From: a virus
Taxonomy: Duplodnaviria > Heunggongvirae > Uroviricota > Caudoviricetes
DNA: 10,082 nucleotides
Direction: 5' to 3' (one strand)
Virus record (IMG/VR): IMGVR_UViG_2917855067_000003
Span: 1-10,082 of that record
The notes under the pieces: generated by a model
What the model was told of the DNA's origin: nothing
What the model saw: only the letters and a program-made list of their open reading frames with translations
Databases searched by the model: none
Translations under genes and position numbers: made by a program
Shown: positions 6,270 to 10,082 of the stretch, piece by piece
How the letters are laid out: every line of letters starts with the position of its first letter
How positions within the stretch are numbered: the stretch's first letter is position 1

Positions 6270-6950
6270 TTAAAAATGATTAATCAAGATTTGATTTTTT
6301 TTAATTGCTCGTCTACTCCAGTGCTCTGTGATGTTTTGAGTGAAGTCGGGACGAACTATTTTTGCTCTAAAGTCCACTGCTTCAAGAGATTCTACTCTCA
6401 AATATATTCCTTCTGATATTTCATCGCTGAATTTTGATTTTTTTATATAAGAAGATAACTTGTTTAGTTCAAAGAAACCTTCGTCAAGAAAAGGAACGCA
6501 ATGAAGGTTTGCATTTGATATTATTTCGTTTCTTTGAGGAAGTGGTAAAAATATTTTTCTTTTCTTATCGAATACATCAAATGCTAAAAAATAGTCAGGT
6601 AAGCGGGTGTAGTGAATAGAATGTTTCGCATAACACCATTCCCCAAATATAATGTATTGGTCTCGAATGTAGTCAAAAAGGTTGTCGCGGTTGTAATTTA
6701 ACCAGTCAGGAAGCATTTTCCATTGGCCATTAAAAGGTTGATGTAAAAAAGAACCCCTATTTTGAAGGAGTAAGTCTGCATTACCATTAAAGGAAATGCC
6801 TAGATTAGCTCCGTCAATTTTCTCTTCTATTATGGTTTTTTTAGTTGAAAGCAATAATCGTTCTTTATCTGAAATGACCTTGTCATCCCTGACGTTAGGA
6901 TGGTAAAAAATATGTGGAGTGGACGGGAATTTATATAGTTCATCTTCCAT
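6270..6950 (-). CDS. Rnl2-type RNA-ligase-like nucleotidyltransferase (standalone adenylyltransferase domain, about 226 aa)
   Basis: Translation carries ligase motifs in the right order and spacing: motif I EEKIDGAN (KxDG), motif III FGEW, motif IIIa FDVFD, motif IV EGIYLR, motif V RAKIVR. ATG at 6950 has SD AGGAAG 9 nt upstream; the ORF-track GTG at 6977 has no SD. It is AT-rich and overlaps the upstream gene by 11 nt. Confidence 0.7.
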   Translation of the reverse strand: MEDELYKFPSTPHIFYHPNVRDDKVISDKERLLLSTKKTIIEEKIDGANLGISFNGNADLLLQNRGSFLHQPFNGQWKMLPDWLNYNRDNLFDYIRDQYIIFGEWCYAKHSIHYTRLPDYFLAFDVFDKKRKIFLPLPQRNEIISNANLHCVPFLDEGFFELNKLSSYIKKSKFSDEISEGIYLRVESLEAVDFRAKIVRPDFTQNITEHWSRRAIKKNQILINHF

Positions 6951-7479
6951 TTGGAAACTTCCTATTATATGTATCACTTATGAGTTTTTCGTCAGCAAAA
7001 TGAACCGTTATGCCTACATCAGCAAGAGATTCTTTCCAGCCCCACCATTTACTATCAGTTGCTTGAAAAATAGGCGGTTTGTCTACGTGTGCGTATGACG
7101 TGGCTACAAATTTTCTATCCGATAAATCAAAGTTTGTCAGGCCTTCATGTACAGGGAACTCCTCATAGCTAGTTTCGGTTTTTGTAATTCTTACGATGTT
7201 TTTATCAGGGAATTTCCATTGGTTAGTGTAAATCCATTTCATAAATTTATCACCAACGCCAGGGGCTCCACTCATGCTTAAATTTGAGCGATACTCTTCA
7301 ACTATTTCTTGTGCTTCATCAATAACTAACCCACCATTTGCAATTGCCTTTTCTATTATTTCAACACACTCTAAAACACAGCTTAGAATATCATCTGGAA
7401 TGTTTTTTATATCTGTGTGCATATTAGCTGTAACAGCAACATTTGTATCAATTAAAAAAGCAGCAGGTAATTTATTCAT
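6940..7479 (-). CDS. PIN-like domain protein (putative nuclease), 179 aa
   Basis: N-terminal AAFLIDTNVAV resembles the first PIN strand with its conserved Asp; further acidic positions (DEAQE, ATDSKW, ISDTY) fit the PIN pattern. SD GAAGG upstream; start overlaps the ATPase stop (ATGA). The domain call is by eye. Confidence 0.6.
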   Translation of the reverse strand: MNKLPAAFLIDTNVAVTANMHTDIKNIPDDILSCVLECVEIIEKAIANGGLVIDEAQEIVEEYRSNLSMSGAPGVGDKFMKWIYTNQWKFPDKNIVRITKTETSYEEFPVHEGLTNFDLSDRKFVATSYAHVDKPPIFQATDSKWWGWKESLADVGITVHFADEKLISDTYNRKFPNGR

Positions 7480-8861
7480 TTAGATGTACCTTCTTTTTCT
7501 TTTATTCTTCTTTTTAACGCTGATTTTGCTTGCTCTGTAATGTCTGTTAATTCATCACCAAAGAAATTATCTGGCCAGTTGAGGATATTTCCAAATGTAT
7601 CGATTTGCAACGGTGTTAATTTTGGGGTTGAAGATGAAATGTCAGAGAAGTACGCGGAAACTTCCTCGGATTTTATTTTGTCTTCTGCTATTCTCCTTTG
7701 CAGTCTGCGAAGGAAATGCTCTGAGTGAGTTTCTATAATTAGCTGTATGCCTCTTGATTTTCCATTTTCTCGTGAACGGATAACATCGATCATAACATCA
7801 GCAAGCACTGATTGTGCTTTTGGGTGTAAATGAATTTCGGGTTGTTCCATCAAAATTATTGAGCCTGGTTGAGCGTAAAAGCATTGTACTAGAACTGGAA
7901 GAACCTGAGAAACCCCAAACCCAACATCTGGAAGGTCTACCCACTGTTTAGAGCCTTTAGTTTTAACTTTGACTTCATATTCTTGACGATGTTCTGAAAT
8001 TGCTTTTACAGAAAAACTATCAATTAAGTCCATTTGTTTTAATTTTTCAGCGATGATTTCTTCTAATGGTTTATTTTTCTTTTTATAATCAAGGCCGATT
8101 CTTCTTTCTTTTGATGAAAGAATGGCGGAAATTGCATTTTCACCTGCATAACCTACGCTTTCTGGTGAAATTCCAGTCCATGGATATAATCGTTCAGGCT
8201 TATTTCTCATTGGCCCTAAGTAACATACTGAACGGAATAGCTTTTCATGCATTAGATTGATGTCTTGCACAAAATCAGCATTTTGATGGTAAGCTACGAC
8301 TTCCTCAGGGAAACCATAAAATCTAACTACATCTTTTATCGCCCAAACCCTACCCTTCTGTCGAGTTAGAGTGAAATTGTTAGTTTTGATTTTATAATTT
8401 GACTTAGCGTCACGAACAAGTCCTATAGATACATCATCTTTTTCTTTCTGATAGAATGTATATGAGAATCCATTGACATATAAGCTATTATTCTCAGCAT
8501 TAAAAGATATCTCAGATTTAAAATGGCATATTTTCGATAAGGATATAATGCTGTCTAATGATGATTTAGAGTATAATTCATCTATTGACCAAGAGTACTC
8601 AAATGAGATGTTCTTGTTAACGTCTCTCATGTTAACCATGTCTTGAAATGAGCCCAATTGTACTGCTGAGTTTTTACCTCCTGGGTAGAATGGGGTTTTT
8701 CTATCAGATGATTCAACCGTTTGTTTAAGCATCATGAGAAGCTGGCCAATACTAGATTTACCAGAGCTATTTGTTCCAAAGAAAAGAGTGATAGGTGACA
8801 TTTTGATTTCACCTGTATCAGTCCAAACCTTAAAATTTTCTACTTTTAATGTTTTAAACAT
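7476..8861 (-). CDS. ABC-type ATPase (AAA_15/AAA_21, OLD/RecF-like), 461 aa
   Basis: Walker A GTNSSGKSS near the N-terminus, Walker B region ILMEQPEIHLHP and H-loop ETHSEHF near the C-terminus, with a long insertion between, as in defence-associated ABC ATPases. SD AAGGA upstream; ATG is only 3 nt after the int stop. Confidence 0.85.
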   Translation of the reverse strand: MFKTLKVENFKVWTDTGEIKMSPITLFFGTNSSGKSSIGQLLMMLKQTVESSDRKTPFYPGGKNSAVQLGSFQDMVNMRDVNKNISFEYSWSIDELYSKSSLDSIISLSKICHFKSEISFNAENNSLYVNGFSYTFYQKEKDDVSIGLVRDAKSNYKIKTNNFTLTRQKGRVWAIKDVVRFYGFPEEVVAYHQNADFVQDINLMHEKLFRSVCYLGPMRNKPERLYPWTGISPESVGYAGENAISAILSSKERRIGLDYKKKNKPLEEIIAEKLKQMDLIDSFSVKAISEHRQEYEVKVKTKGSKQWVDLPDVGFGVSQVLPVLVQCFYAQPGSIILMEQPEIHLHPKAQSVLADVMIDVIRSRENGKSRGIQLIIETHSEHFLRRLQRRIAEDKIKSEEVSAYFSDISSSTPKLTPLQIDTFGNILNWPDNFFGDELTDITEQAKSALKRRIKEKEGTSK

Positions 8862-8864
8862 TTC

Positions 8865-10082
8865 TTATCCTTTGCTTTTAGATTTTATGATGGAAGCATT
8901 TTGGATTTCATCACCCCACCAAGCTAATAAATCACTACGTTGTTTTAAATAATTTGCACGGTTATATGCTCTTCTGACTTCATTTTTATCTGTATGTGCC
9001 AAAGATGATTCAATTATATCAGCGTTGAAACCAGCTTCATTCATAGTTGTACTCGCGATAGAACGTAATCCATGTGCGACTAATTTACCACCATAACCTA
9101 TTCGCTTCAAAGCGGCATTAGCCGTCTGGCTATTCATAGGTTGCTGTGGATCATTTCTACTTGGAAAAATATATTCTCTATGTGCACTGATTGGCCTCAT
9201 TACTTCCAGAATCTCTAATGCTTGAGTAGAAAGAGGTACGATGTGTTCCCGTTTTGCCTTCATCCGTTCGGCTGGGATCGTCCAGAGTTTGGCATTGAGA
9301 TCGATCTCTGCCCATCGTGTACCTGAAGCCTCAGAAGGTCGCACGAGAGTCAGAAGCTGCCATTCAATAAGACAGCGAGTCGAAACAGACAGATTCGACA
9401 TCACCAAAGAGCGCATTAGCTTCGGCAATTCTTCCGGCCGAAGGGTCGGCATGTTTTGCTTTTTTGGTTTCTCAAATGCCATTCCGACACCTGATGCCGG
9501 GTTTGCATCAATCAGGCCAGTGTTGACGGCGTAGATCATGATTTCGTTAATACGTTGTACCAGGCGGCGAACCGTCTCTAATGCGCCACGTGCTTTGATT
9601 GGCTCCAATGCTTCAACTATCGTTCTGGCCTTAATTTCCTGAACAGGTATTGCGCCTATTGCGGGGAACACGTCCTTATCTAAAGAGCGCCATATATCTT
9701 TCGCGTAGTCTTCAGTGACGCTTTTGCTCTTCATTTTGAACCAGTTGGCGGCCACAGTTGAGAAAATGCTATCCAGCTCAATCTGACGCTGTTCTGATGC
9801 CTGCTCTTGTTGCTGTTGCGGATCCATACCCTGCGCGAGTGTGGTTAAGTGCTGGTCGCGTATCTGACGAGCTGCTGCGAGAGTAAGGGCAGGGTATGAG
9901 CCGAGACTCAAATTAGTTCGGCTGCCACTGACCGGACGTTGATAGCGGAAGCGCCAGAGTTTTTTACCGGTGGTTTTGACGAGCAAGAACAGGCCGTCAC
10001 CATCATGAAGGGTGAAGTCTTTTTCCCGAGGTTTGGCTTTAAGGATTTCGTTGTTAGTGAGGGGGCGTGTGAGGCGCGCCAT
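8865..10082 (-). CDS. int: P4-type tyrosine integrase (405 aa)
   Basis: N-terminus MARLTRPLTNNEILKAKPREKDFTLHDGDGLFLLVKTTGKKLWRFRYQ is the P4-integrase arm-binding domain; C-terminus has HGLRSIAST and RRAYNRANY (catalytic Tyr). The start codon is the last 3 nt of the window. Confidence 0.95.
   Translation of the reverse strand: MARLTRPLTNNEILKAKPREKDFTLHDGDGLFLLVKTTGKKLWRFRYQRPVSGSRTNLSLGSYPALTLAAARQIRDQHLTTLAQGMDPQQQQEQASEQRQIELDSIFSTVAANWFKMKSKSVTEDYAKDIWRSLDKDVFPAIGAIPVQEIKARTIVEALEPIKARGALETVRRLVQRINEIMIYAVNTGLIDANPASGVGMAFEKPKKQNMPTLRPEELPKLMRSLVMSNLSVSTRCLIEWQLLTLVRPSEASGTRWAEIDLNAKLWTIPAERMKAKREHIVPLSTQALEILEVMRPISAHREYIFPSRNDPQQPMNSQTANAALKRIGYGGKLVAHGLRSIASTTMNEAGFNADIIESSLAHTDKNEVRRAYNRANYLKQRSDLLAWWGDEIQNASIIKSKSKG

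Larger units (their letters stand above)
1..10082. mobile_element. P4-like satellite prophage / phage-inducible chromosomal island; att sites outside window
   Basis: Gene order int - cargo - cos - psu - delta - sid - ori iterons/control region - alpA/vis - small ORFs - alpha matches P4 architecture. Confidence 0.85.

Noticed and set aside
6434-8952. Short plus-strand ORFs inside the cargo genes (6434..6619, 7274..7483, 7540..7728, 8066..8260, 8734..8952)
   Set aside because: All are antisense to the coupled minus-strand operon or int, 61-72 aa long, with low-complexity translations.

Overview
This window holds a nearly complete P4-like satellite prophage, of the kind found in enterobacteria. 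All calls are from reading the sequence and the ORF track; no searches were run. The minus-strand integrase starts on the last three bases of the window (10082) and the alpha primase/helicase ends at base 1, so the att sites lie outside. Between them are the recognisable P4 modules: a rightward sid-delta-psu late operon with an Ogr/Delta-type TGT-N12-ACA box, a cos-like site, an AlpA/Vis-like regulator, an array of P4 type I iterons (ori/crr-like), and a leftward operon of small ORFs leading into alpha. The alpha gene is split into two frames by an apparent single-base frameshift. The most interesting part is the AT-rich cargo at about 6004-8864, where P4 carries gop/beta/cII. It is a translationally coupled three-gene operon: an ABC-type ATPase, a PIN-like protein, and an Rnl2-type RNA-ligase-like nucleotidyltransferase. 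I cannot match this triad to a named defence system from memory, so it is a candidate undescribed anti-phage system in the known P4 psu/cos-int hotspot.
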